Shown here: one piece after another, positions 51,345 through 60,162 of the stretch | How positions within the stretch are numbered: position 1 is the stretch's first letter | How the letters are laid out: the number at the start of each line of letters is the position of its first letter | Assembly: GCA_035063585.1 (NCBI GenBank) | Contig: JAPSGB010000003.1 | Location: 192,001 to 256,000 of the forward strand | Source of the DNA: Polyangiaceae bacterium | GTDB lineage: Bacteria; Myxococcota_A; Polyangia; Polyangiales; Polyangiaceae | Length of the DNA stretch: 64,000 nucleotides | Direction: 5' to 3' | Position numbers and translations under genes: made by a program | The notes under the pieces: model-generated | Told to the model about the DNA's origin: nothing | The model's input: only the letters and a program-made list of their open reading frames with translations | Databases searched by the model: none

Positions 51345-51392
51345 CTGGCGTGGGGCTGGCGACCGCGCCTTCCTTCACTAGGCTTCGCCCTG

Positions 51393-51800
51393 ATGCTCAC
51401 GCGCCTGCTTCGTCCCAAGTCCGAGCTCTTCTTCACCGTCCTCCGCGTAGGAGCAGGGCTCATGTTCATGTGTCATGGGCTCCAGAAGCTCTTCGGCCTC
51501 CTCGGCGGGCAGTCGATGGCCGTCGGGAGCAAGCTCTGGTTCGGCGGAATCATCGAGCTTACCACCGGGCTCGCCATGACCTTCGGCTTCCTCACCACCT
51601 ACGCGGCGCTCCTCGCCGCGGCGATGATGGCGGTCGCTTACTACACGGCGCACTGGAAGCTCGCGTTCGGCACGGGCTTCTTCCCGATCGTGAACCGGGG
51701 AGAGCTCGCGGCCGTGTACCTCTTGCTCTTCCTCTACATCGGCGCGCGCGGCGCCGGTCCGTACAGCCTGGACGCGAAGCTCGCGCGCAAGCCGGGCTAG
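51393..51800 (+). CDS. DoxX family membrane protein
   Basis: LRVGAGLMFMCHGLQKLFG, IE...G, NRGELA and GAGPYSLD motifs. Confidence 0.93.
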   Translation: MLTRLLRPKSELFFTVLRVGAGLMFMCHGLQKLFGLLGGQSMAVGSKLWFGGIIELTTGLAMTFGFLTTYAALLAAAMMAVAYYTAHWKLAFGTGFFPIVNRGELAAVYLLLFLYIGARGAGPYSLDAKLARKPG

Positions 51801-51818
51801 GGCGGCGCTGCGTCGCCG

Positions 51819-51857
51819 CGGTGCGGCGCGCGGCGCGCCGCCGGCCGCGCCGCACCG
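51819..51857. terminator. GC-rich hairpin between convergent genes
   Basis: CGGTGCGGCGCG / CGCGCCGCACCG 12-bp inverted repeat; no U-tract. Confidence 0.3.
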
Positions 51858-51930
51858 GCACTCCAAACGAAGCGAGCCTGACCCGCAGCTCGGAAGCTGC
51901 GGGCCAGGCTCGGGGGCTCGGGGCGGTGGG

Positions 51931-53580
51931 TCAGCCCGGCGAGAACGAGATCGGGTAGACCACCGTGACGATGCCGTCTTCGGGCGCGGGGAAGCTGAGC
52001 CCGTAGTACGCGCTCACCACGCAGGAGACCACGCCGCTGTCCGGGAGATCCGAGCCGCCGTTGGCTACGTTCGACACTGCGCCGTCGCGGCCGATGACGA
52101 AGCGCACCGCGACCCGTCCCTCGAGGTTCGGGTTCCGCGCGAGGCCCTGCTCGTAGCACATGCGGAAGCGGCCGAAATTCTGGCGCACGGTGCGCTGGAT
52201 CACCTCCGGCGGCAGTCGGCCGCTCACCGTGGTCGCGCCGACCAGCCCGACCCGCGGCGCCTTCGTCTGGTGACCCTTCGCAAAGTGACCGAAGCTGTTG
52301 CCGAAGCCCGGGCCCTGGCCGAGGCCGGCGCCGTGGCCCATCCCGATGTCACCGAGGCCCACACCGACGCCGTAGCCGCCGCCACCGTCGCCGATGCCGG
52401 TGAGCCCGAGGCCGCCCGAGCCAGCCGACTCACCGAGCTCATCACCCCACATGTTGCCGTTGGCGCTCATCGGATCGGTGCCGAGCGCGTCCGCGCGGCC
52501 GAAGGGTGAGGTCGGCGCGTTGGGATCGCCCGCCAAGCCGGACGACAGGAGCCCGATCATGCCGAAGCTCTGCGCGTCCTGGCGGAGCGCCGCGCGATCC
52601 GAGAGCGCGGGGTTCGGGTTGTCCTTCGGCCCCGCGTTCGCCCAGCGCTTGCCGGTCTCGCGGGAGACGGTGCTGCCCATCTTGCCCTCTTCCTTCGCTG
52701 CGCGCTCGCCGGTGCCGCCGGTCTCTTCACGGGGGCCGTCCGCGTTCGACTCTTCCTTCACGGCGTCGCGCTCGCGCTCGGCCGCGCTCGAGAGGTACTG
52801 CTGAATGGCGTAGAGGCGATCCTGGTCCGCGCCGGCGTCGTCGGTGAGCCCGAGCGGCGGCACGAACGCCGCCATCGACGCGACCACGGCGGCCGCGCCG
52901 ACGAAGCTCGCGCCGAACGCGCTGGCGAGCGCGCGATCGATGGCCGACAGGAGCGAGCGCTTCGAGCGCTTCGCGGCCTTCACCGCCCCCACCTGGAAGA
53001 CGAAGCCGCCGAGCTCGAGGTGCGCGCGAGCGCCGAGCGTGAGCGGGAGCTCGACGCCCCCTGAGACCTCGACCGACGGCGCGCCGAGCGCGCGCGCCGC
53101 TTCCGCGGTCATGCGCGGACCACCCGGCAGGGTGACGTGGCCGGTCGCGCGGGGCGGGATGACGAGGCGAGCGCCGGCCGCGTCCGCGAGCACCAGCGGC
53201 AGGCGGGTCGCGCCGATCCGCTCCGCCGGCACGAAGCAGTCCGCGGAGGTGTGCTCGCCCTGATCCTCCCCGACCGCGTAAGCGCGCGGTGGCGACAGGT
53301 GCGCGACGCCGAGCACGCTCGCGCCCCAAGACACGCGCACGTCGATGGCCAGGGCGTCAGCGTGTTCGACCTCCGCGGACGGCACCTCGGGCCCGCTCTT
53401 CACCATCGCGTACGTGTAGGTTCCCTCGGGCGCATCGTCGGCGACGCGGAGCTCGGATCGAGCGGGCGAGGCGAACGGGTTCGAGGCGTCTCGCGCGAGC
53501 TGGGCGAGGAGCGAGAGGTTGGTTTCAGGGTGCGGAGCCGCGGCTCCGCGGGACTCCGCGGACTTGATTCGTTGGTTCAT
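51931..53580 (-). CDS. AgmX/PglI C-terminal (TonB_C-like) domain protein, GltG-like architecture
   Basis: Single TM helix, Gly-rich linker, C-terminal GRLPPEVIQRTVRQNFGRFRMCYEQGL...VVYPISF; GGGGAG RBS. Confidence 0.85.
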   Translation of the reverse strand: MNQRIKSAESRGAAAPHPETNLSLLAQLARDASNPFASPARSELRVADDAPEGTYTYAMVKSGPEVPSAEVEHADALAIDVRVSWGASVLGVAHLSPPRAYAVGEDQGEHTSADCFVPAERIGATRLPLVLADAAGARLVIPPRATGHVTLPGGPRMTAEAARALGAPSVEVSGGVELPLTLGARAHLELGGFVFQVGAVKAAKRSKRSLLSAIDRALASAFGASFVGAAAVVASMAAFVPPLGLTDDAGADQDRLYAIQQYLSSAAERERDAVKEESNADGPREETGGTGERAAKEEGKMGSTVSRETGKRWANAGPKDNPNPALSDRAALRQDAQSFGMIGLLSSGLAGDPNAPTSPFGRADALGTDPMSANGNMWGDELGESAGSGGLGLTGIGDGGGGYGVGVGLGDIGMGHGAGLGQGPGFGNSFGHFAKGHQTKAPRVGLVGATTVSGRLPPEVIQRTVRQNFGRFRMCYEQGLARNPNLEGRVAVRFVIGRDGAVSNVANGGSDLPDSGVVSCVVSAYYGLSFPAPEDGIVTVVYPISFSPG

Positions 53581-53634
53581 GTCGATCTCCCCTCGCTGGG
53601 CTAGGAAAACAGCGAGCGTGTCGGGTTCAAGGAG

Positions 53635-53662
53635 TTCGACAGCGCCTCGCCCTGCGGGTTCC
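53635..53662 (-). promoter_or_regulatory. Candidate ECF sigma promoter
   Basis: Minus-strand GGAAC, 17 nt spacer, GTCGAA, 54 nt upstream of ATG 53580. Confidence 0.45.
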
Positions 53663-53738
53663 CAAGATTTCTCGAGGGGGCCCGGAGGGCCGCCGGGGCG
53701 CTCGGAGCGCCCGTGAATCGAGCGCCCGCCGCCGAGGT

Positions 53739-54581
53739 TCAGCGCGGGCGCGCGGCGCGCCGCGCCGTGCGATCGAGGATCGGCGCGAGGCCGCCCCGCG
53801 GCGGCGCGGGCGGCCGCTCGGCGAAGTCGGCGCGGGCGCGCTCGACGAGCCGCGCCATCGCCGGCTCCATCGGCGCTGCGCGCCGAGCGCCGTTCAGCCG
53901 GGGCGTGCGGATCACGGCGTCGTCCACCAGGATGGCCCCCGTCGCGCCCTGTCGCGGCGAGATGAGGAGCGCCCAGAACGTGTTGCCGGTGTCGGTGGGC
54001 GTGTCGATCTCGCCGAGCACGTGGCACCAGCCGTCCGCGTCACGCTCGGGACTGGTCGCCGAGACGCGCATGGGCTGCGGAGCGCCCGAGTAGTCTGCTA
54101 GCGGCAGCACGAGGCCGCCGACCTCGTCGGCGCAGCTCCCGCTGCCCTCCGGCTTGGCGAAGAACTCGACCTCCACCGACGAGGAGTCCGGCCAGACGAA
54201 TGTGCCCAAGATGTACGCGTACTGCGTCTTCGGGACCCTCGCGCAGCGGAGGCCGTGACGACATTTCGCGCCGGTCACGATGGAGGTGTAGTCGAGGCCG
54301 AACCACGGGTACTGCATGGCGTCCGGCGCCGAGTACTCGAAATCGCCGTCGAGCAAGCAGTTGTCCGGGTCGAGCGCGCCGAAGCGCGGGCGAGTCTCGA
54401 TGGTCCGCACGCGCGCGCCGCCCTCGCCGCCGCCATCGGGCGGAGGGACGCTCGCCTCCGCGTCGGCCCCGCCGTCGGTCGGCACCACCGAGACGGTCGC
54501 GATGGGCTCGTCCGTTCCACACGCCGTGGAGGTGAGCGCCGCGCCCAGCGCGACGAGCAGCGCGAGAGGGAAGCGGTTCAT
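53739..54581 (-). CDS. Lipoprotein with possible carbohydrate-binding-like (jelly-roll) domain
   Basis: MNRFPLALLVALGAALTSTAC signal, NCLLDGDFE start motif and ILVDDAVI end strand; ATGA overlap with the upstream peptidase. Confidence 0.7.
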   Translation of the reverse strand: MNRFPLALLVALGAALTSTACGTDEPIATVSVVPTDGGADAEASVPPPDGGGEGGARVRTIETRPRFGALDPDNCLLDGDFEYSAPDAMQYPWFGLDYTSIVTGAKCRHGLRCARVPKTQYAYILGTFVWPDSSSVEVEFFAKPEGSGSCADEVGGLVLPLADYSGAPQPMRVSATSPERDADGWCHVLGEIDTPTDTGNTFWALLISPRQGATGAILVDDAVIRTPRLNGARRAAPMEPAMARLVERARADFAERPPAPPRGGLAPILDRTARRAARPR

Positions 54582-56638
54582 GGGTGAGCCTCCGAGCGGA
54601 GCCAGGCGATGGCCGCCTCGGCGATGGTGTCCTTGCCGGACAGGAGATCGCTCTGCGTCGGCGCGAGCCGCACGTCGGGATCGACCCCGTGCGTGCAGAG
54701 CAAGGTGCCGTCGGGTGTGATGGCGTCTTCGATCCCGACCGACCACCGCATCACGCCCCAGAGCGAGTACTGCATGAAGGTACCGAACGCGCCCATGCTC
54801 GGCCCGGGGCCGAACAAGCGCACGTTGGGAGCGCCTTGCAGGATCTTCGGCAGGTAGTCGCTCGCCGAGACGTCCCAGGTGGTGAGCAGCGCCACCGGCA
54901 CGTCGGTGCGCGCGCTCGCGCTACCGAACTCGTCCTCCGCGCTCGCATAGCGCGTGAACAACGCGGCGGCCGCGGCGGCGCTGGCCGGGCCCTCGTCGTT
55001 CGCGCGGGTGCGGACGTAGCCGATGAAGGGTGTGTACGGCTTGCGGGCGAACTTGATGAGGATGTTCGCCGTCTGCGCGGTGCCACCGTGGCCCTCTCGA
55101 TGATCGAGCAGCACCCCGCGTGCCTGGCCGAACTCGGTGACCGCCGCGCCGAGCGCGAGGTCGACCGGCATCTTCGACCCGTCACCGAACAGCGTGTTCC
55201 AGATGAGGCCGTAGATGGCCTCGGACGAGTCCACGCCGAGCACCGGGCCGTGCACGACCTTCGCCGGGGTGAGCACGGCGTCGCCGAAGTCGTGGTCGGC
55301 CGGCGCGCCGTCGACGGGGAAGAACGGCCGGTTGTCGCAGCTTACCAGCTTGGGGGCCTCGCTCGCCGGCACCACGGGGAGCTCGTCGAGCCTGAGCGTC
55401 GTGGCCGTCGCGTCGCAGGTGCCGCTCGCCGCGTGACAGTGCACGACGGTGAGCTCCGTGGCGTGTCGCGCGATGAGGTCGCGTAAGAGCGAGAGCACGT
55501 TGGCGAGTTGCTCGGGGTCGTCCGCCTCCCAGTACCACGGGCTCGGTGTCATCAGCTTGCGAGCCCAGGTGATGGGGTGCTCGCCATCGACGGCCACCAG
55601 GCGATCGCCTTGCGCGAGCCCCCAGGTCGACTCGAGCCCGGTGTGCGAGACGAGGAGGTCCGGCAGCCCGAGCTCGCTCGGCGCGGCGGCCTGGCTCAGA
55701 TCTCCGACACCCTCGAAGAAGCAGGCGTTCAGCGGGCGGCGGGACTTCACCGCGGAGAGCGCCGTGAGCCGCGCGTAGGTGTGCGCGTCGCGTAGGCGCC
55801 GGATGGCCTCGGTGAAGCGCGACCAGTAGGTGACGTTGTCGGTCGCGGTCGCCATCTGGTCGAGGGTGGCGAGCGCGTCGGGGAGCGTGGTGCGCCGGAG
55901 CTCGTACGGGCCGAAGGTGTCGTGGAGCTTGCGCTTCCAGTACGCGGGGAGCTTCGCGCGCTCAGACTCCTCCGGAAGGGGCGGGAACCAGCCGCGCGCG
56001 TCGCGGCAGAGACCATCGACGCAGAGCGTGCCGGCGCCGCACTCCTTGGCCGCGTCGAGTCCCGTGCAGTTCGTGGTGGGCGCGAACTGGCCGTCCGGCA
56101 CCACCTCGACCGCGTCGAGCCGCACGGTGACCGGCTTGGTGCGGTCGTAAGCCGAGAGGAAGAGCCGCGCGTCGACGCCGTTTTTCCCACCGTCCACGCC
56201 GAACGGCGCGGTCTCGAATTCGAGCCAGTCGTCGCTCGTGACCCGTCCGGTCGGGAACGCCTCGCCCACGACGCCCTCCGAGCCGTCGGCGTAGTCGACG
56301 GCCACGCCGGCCGTACAGTCGCCCTTCAGCCAGAACCGCGCCCGGTACGAGCCCGGCGCGGCGGGGAGCGCGAGCGGGACGGGATAGCCCTCGGTCGCGA
56401 GCGCGACCACGAGCACCTTCCCGCCGGCGAGCGCGGTCGCATCCTCTTCGAGCGTCGCCGCGCCGTCGCCCGGCTCGACCGCGGGCGTAAAGCTCGCGAA
56501 GTCGAGCGTCAGGACCGCGTCGGGCTCGAAGGAGAAGCGCCCCTGCTCGTCGAAGTCGCCGGCCATGGCCGGTCGCGCGGTGCCGAGCGCGATGAGGCTG
56601 ACGACGAGCGCGCGGGCGAACAGCGATCGGCGGGACAT
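54578..56638 (-). CDS. Secreted S41-family peptidase-like protein
   Basis: Signal peptide; LRDAHT, PDZ-like GLAQGDRLVAVDG, LLDHREGHGG, VSASD, LFG..SMGA and GVDPD motifs. Confidence 0.75.
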   Translation of the reverse strand: MSRRSLFARALVVSLIALGTARPAMAGDFDEQGRFSFEPDAVLTLDFASFTPAVEPGDGAATLEEDATALAGGKVLVVALATEGYPVPLALPAAPGSYRARFWLKGDCTAGVAVDYADGSEGVVGEAFPTGRVTSDDWLEFETAPFGVDGGKNGVDARLFLSAYDRTKPVTVRLDAVEVVPDGQFAPTTNCTGLDAAKECGAGTLCVDGLCRDARGWFPPLPEESERAKLPAYWKRKLHDTFGPYELRRTTLPDALATLDQMATATDNVTYWSRFTEAIRRLRDAHTYARLTALSAVKSRRPLNACFFEGVGDLSQAAAPSELGLPDLLVSHTGLESTWGLAQGDRLVAVDGEHPITWARKLMTPSPWYWEADDPEQLANVLSLLRDLIARHATELTVVHCHAASGTCDATATTLRLDELPVVPASEAPKLVSCDNRPFFPVDGAPADHDFGDAVLTPAKVVHGPVLGVDSSEAIYGLIWNTLFGDGSKMPVDLALGAAVTEFGQARGVLLDHREGHGGTAQTANILIKFARKPYTPFIGYVRTRANDEGPASAAAAAALFTRYASAEDEFGSASARTDVPVALLTTWDVSASDYLPKILQGAPNVRLFGPGPSMGAFGTFMQYSLWGVMRWSVGIEDAITPDGTLLCTHGVDPDVRLAPTQSDLLSGKDTIAEAAIAWLRSEAHP

Positions 56639-56766
56639 GCGCCCGGCCCGTATGCCACGGATCTTCGCGCGCCATGGGTACTTTCGTGCGAGCTCCGCTC
56701 GGCTCGGAATGTTGCAGCAGAGGCGCGCCCTGACACGCCCACGCGCGACGGATAGACTGTGCTCCC

Positions 56767-58059
56767 GTGCCCGGCGTCGTGTTTCGAGATCCCGCTCCGC
56801 CGAGCGCGCAGGCTGAGGCGCTGCGCGGCGAGGTCGCGCGCGCGCTGGTGAGCGCGCCCGCGCTCCCGCTCGCGCTGCCGAGGTTCGGACTCGAGCTCGT
56901 GACGCTGAAGCTCTTGGACGACACCTTCATACTGGTCTTGAGGGAGCCCGACCGCGAAGGCACGATGGAGCTCGCCATCGGGTGGGAGGGGGCTCGAGAT
57001 GGCGCGTCGGTGACGCTCCGTCGTCGCCCGGGCTCGCCGCGCGCGGCGGCCGCGCTCGAGCGGCTCGCCCGGCGGCTCAAGCTCTCCACGACCCGCGAGC
57101 GGTGGCTCGCGGCGAGCGTGGCCGCGCGCTCGCTGCGCGCGCTCCCGCTCGACATCCCGCTCGAGTTCTTCCGGCAAGTCATCCCTGGCGTCGAGCGGCG
57201 CGGGCTGGTTCGAACCGGTTTTCGCTGCAACCAGGACTGCGCCTTCTGCTGGCAGGCGCGCGACTGGGGCGACTTCGGGCCCGAGCAGGTCCGAGCGTGG
57301 ATCGAGGATCTCTGGCGGCTCGGGCTCGAGCGCCTCAGCATCTCGGGCGGCGAGCCCACCCTCGACCGCGAGCTCGTAGCGCACGTCCGGTTCGCGCGCG
57401 CGCTCGGCTTCCGCGAGATCTGCCTGGAGACCAACGCGGTGCTCCTCGCGCGGCCGGGTCGTGCCGCCGAGCTCGCCGAGGCGGGCCTCACCGCCGCGTT
57501 CGTGTCGCTCCACAGCGCCGAGCCTGCGGCGTCGGACCGGGCGACGCGCGCGCCCGGCACGCACGGACGCACCGTCGAGGGGATCCGCGCGCTCCTCGCC
57601 GCGGGCGTGAGCGTACAGCTCGGAGCGGTGCTCTCGCCGGCCGTAGTGGAGTCACTCCCGGCGCTCCCTGGCTTCATCGCTCAGAAGTTCGGTGGGCATC
57701 CGCGGCTCACCGGGCTGTCGGTGTCCTACCCCTCACGACCCTACGCGCCATCGCCCGAGGACGATCCCGCGACGCTCCACCCGGAGCTCATGCGCGCCGC
57801 TCTCGTCGGCGTCATCGAGGCGGCGACGCGAACCGGCGTCGCGGTAGACGGGATCGCGGGGCCCTGCGGCGCGCCGCTCTGCGCGTTCGACGCGGATCCG
57901 CGGGTCGTCGATCGCTCGCGTCGGGTCGAGCCGGTGCCCTTCAAGCGCCATCTCCCGGGCTGTCACGCCTGCGTGGTGCAGGACGCCTGCTTCGGCGTGC
58001 GACACGAGGACGCCGAGCGCTGGGGCGAGGCGTGTATTCGGCCGATCGTCGCGAGTTGA
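56767..58059 (+). CDS. Radical SAM protein with N-terminal extension and Cys-rich C-terminus
   Basis: CNQDCAFC (CxxxCxxC), SGGEPT and ETNA motifs; C-terminal CGAPLC...CHACVVQDAC. Confidence 0.9.
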   Translation: MPGVVFRDPAPPSAQAEALRGEVARALVSAPALPLALPRFGLELVTLKLLDDTFILVLREPDREGTMELAIGWEGARDGASVTLRRRPGSPRAAAALERLARRLKLSTTRERWLAASVAARSLRALPLDIPLEFFRQVIPGVERRGLVRTGFRCNQDCAFCWQARDWGDFGPEQVRAWIEDLWRLGLERLSISGGEPTLDRELVAHVRFARALGFREICLETNAVLLARPGRAAELAEAGLTAAFVSLHSAEPAASDRATRAPGTHGRTVEGIRALLAAGVSVQLGAVLSPAVVESLPALPGFIAQKFGGHPRLTGLSVSYPSRPYAPSPEDDPATLHPELMRAALVGVIEAATRTGVAVDGIAGPCGAPLCAFDADPRVVDRSRRVEPVPFKRHLPGCHACVVQDACFGVRHEDAERWGEACIRPIVAS

Positions 58060-58296
58060 GCCCGAGCCGATCGTCGCACGGCTGGCGAGGACACGGTTGT
58101 ACGGGCCCGTGGATTGGTGCTTTTCCGCGAGACCGTATAGCCTCCCATATACTATCTTGAGCGGCGCCCTCCGTGACGCGACGCGCTAGCCCGCGTCCCG
58201 GAAGGCCGGTCATGGTTCCTCGCGCCTCGCCGGATGTCCCGGACGGCTCGACCGCACGCTGCCGGTGCCGCGCATCGGCCAAGAGACTCGCCTCAC

Positions 58297-59247
58297 ATGT
58301 CGACTCGCTACCCCAACGTCTCGAAGAACATCCTCGACGCCATCGGTGACACGCCGCTCCTCGAGATCGACGGCGTGTTCGCGAAGTGTGAGTTCCTGAA
58401 CCCGTCCGGCTCGGTGAAGGCGCGCATCGCCAAGCACATCGTCGAGCGCGCGGAGGCCGAGGGGCTCTTGAAGCCGGGTGACACCATCGTCGAGGCGACC
58501 AGCGGCAATACCGGCAACGCGTTCGCCATGGTTGCGGCGGTGAAGGGCTACAAGATGATCGTGGTGACCCCGGAGGGGCTCTCGAGCGAGCGGGTGGCGA
58601 TCTCGCAGGCGTTCGGCGCCGAGGTGCTCTTCTCGGGTAGCTTCCATGTGAACTCCGCGCTCGAGCGCGCGAAGCAGCTCGCGGCGCAGCCTGGCTTCTT
58701 CTTCCCGGGTCAGTTCGACTCGGACTGGAACATCGAGGAAAATCGCGAGTGGCTCGGGCCGGAGATCCTCTCCCAGCTCCCGGACGGGCGGGTCCCTGAC
58801 GCGTTCGTGCACGGCGTGGGCACCGGGGGGACCCTCATCGGCGTCGGTCAAGCATTTCGTAAAGTAAATCCGAAGGTACGGCTCTTTGCCATGGAGCCGT
58901 CCGAGTCGCGCACCATCCTCTGCGGTGAGGTGGCGCTCCACCAAATCGAAGGGATCTCGGACGGGTTCGTGCCGGGCATCTTCGCGCGAAACCACGGGCT
59001 CGTCGACGACACCCTCAGCGTGTCGAGCGCGGACGCGGTCGCGGCCATGCGAGAGCTTGCCCGCACCCGCGGGCTGTTCTGCGGTCCGAGCTCGGGCGCG
59101 CACCTGACGGCGGCGCGGCGCCTGCGCGAGACGCACCCGGAGCTCGAGACGGTCGTCACCATCTTCGACGACGAGGGAGAGAAGTACCTGCACGACTTCT
59201 TCATGCCGCGGCGCCCAGGTCCGGAGGATCCGCTGCCGTTCCACTGA
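58297..59247 (+). CDS. PLP-dependent cysteine synthase family protein (CysK-like)
   Basis: IGDTPL, NPSGSVKAR, EATSGNTG, GVGTGGT, HQIEGI and GPSSGA motifs. Confidence 0.92.
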   Translation: MSTRYPNVSKNILDAIGDTPLLEIDGVFAKCEFLNPSGSVKARIAKHIVERAEAEGLLKPGDTIVEATSGNTGNAFAMVAAVKGYKMIVVTPEGLSSERVAISQAFGAEVLFSGSFHVNSALERAKQLAAQPGFFFPGQFDSDWNIEENREWLGPEILSQLPDGRVPDAFVHGVGTGGTLIGVGQAFRKVNPKVRLFAMEPSESRTILCGEVALHQIEGISDGFVPGIFARNHGLVDDTLSVSSADAVAAMRELARTRGLFCGPSSGAHLTAARRLRETHPELETVVTIFDDEGEKYLHDFFMPRRPGPEDPLPFH

Positions 59248-59299
59248 CGTCGGGCGCGCGCTCGGTGCGCCGCGCGCGCGCTTCGGCTACCCTCACGCG

Positions 59300-60034
59300 G
59301 TGTCGCTCTACGAGGCGCTTCGCCCCTTCGATGACTCGCCGCTCGCGCGACTGCTCCGCGAGCTCCCGATTGGTTATTTTCACGCCACCACCGAGGGGAT
59401 GGAGCGACTCCCGCGCGAGGGCGGCGCGCTCTTGGTCGGCAACCACGCGATGTCGGGCCTCGACGGCGTCGTGCTCGGCGCGCTCGTGAGGCGCGAGACG
59501 AGGCGGCGCGTGCGCTTCCTCGGCGAGCGGAACCTGTGGAAGATCCCGCTCTTCCGCGACCTTCTCGACGCCTCGGGCGCGCTCCCGGGCGAGCCGAACG
59601 CGGCGACCGCGCTGCTCCGCGGCGGCGAGCTGGTCGGCGTGTACCCGGGCGGCATCGACGACAGCTGGAAGCTCACCTCGGTCGAGCGCTACACGTTGAA
59701 GTGGGGAAACCGCGCCGGCTTCGCGCGGGTCGCCATCCGCGCAGGCGTGCCGATTTTCCCGGTCGCCGCGACCGGCATCGACGAGATGTACGACGTCATC
59801 CTACGCGAGCGGTTCGTCGGGCGGCGGCTCCTCGGCTCTCGACGCTACGATTTGCCCATCGCGCTCGGCGCCTGGGGGACGCTCATCCCGCGGCGCGCGC
59901 CGCAGCACTACCGGGTGCTCGAGCCCATCGACACCTCCGGCGACGAGGGCGATCCGGCGGTCGTCGAGCGCGTGCGGGTCGCGACGCGCGACGCGCTCGA
60001 GCGCGCGCTCGCCGCGGCGCGCGCCGCGCGGTAG
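59300..60034 (+). CDS. Lysophospholipid/DAG acyltransferase family protein
   Basis: LLVGNHAMSGLD (HxxxxD-like), YPGG and GFARVAIRAGVPIFPV motifs. Confidence 0.88.
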   Translation: MSLYEALRPFDDSPLARLLRELPIGYFHATTEGMERLPREGGALLVGNHAMSGLDGVVLGALVRRETRRRVRFLGERNLWKIPLFRDLLDASGALPGEPNAATALLRGGELVGVYPGGIDDSWKLTSVERYTLKWGNRAGFARVAIRAGVPIFPVAATGIDEMYDVILRERFVGRRLLGSRRYDLPIALGAWGTLIPRRAPQHYRVLEPIDTSGDEGDPAVVERVRVATRDALERALAAARAAR

Positions 60035-60040
60035 CGCGGT

Positions 60041-60119
60041 CGCGCCGATTCCGCGCCGGGCCGACAGAAAAAACCATAGTAGTTTCATTGGTTTGTCGGT
60101 CCGGCGCGGAATCGGTGCG
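60041..60119 (+). repeat. Long intergenic inverted repeat (26-bp arms) with AT-rich core
   Basis: 60041-60066 pairs with 60094-60119 with only two G-U pairs; inner AACCA/TGGTT stem. Confidence 0.8.
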
Positions 60120-60162
60120 GTTCCCGGCAAGAACCCGTGCGGGCTGGTATAAGCACGCGGCC

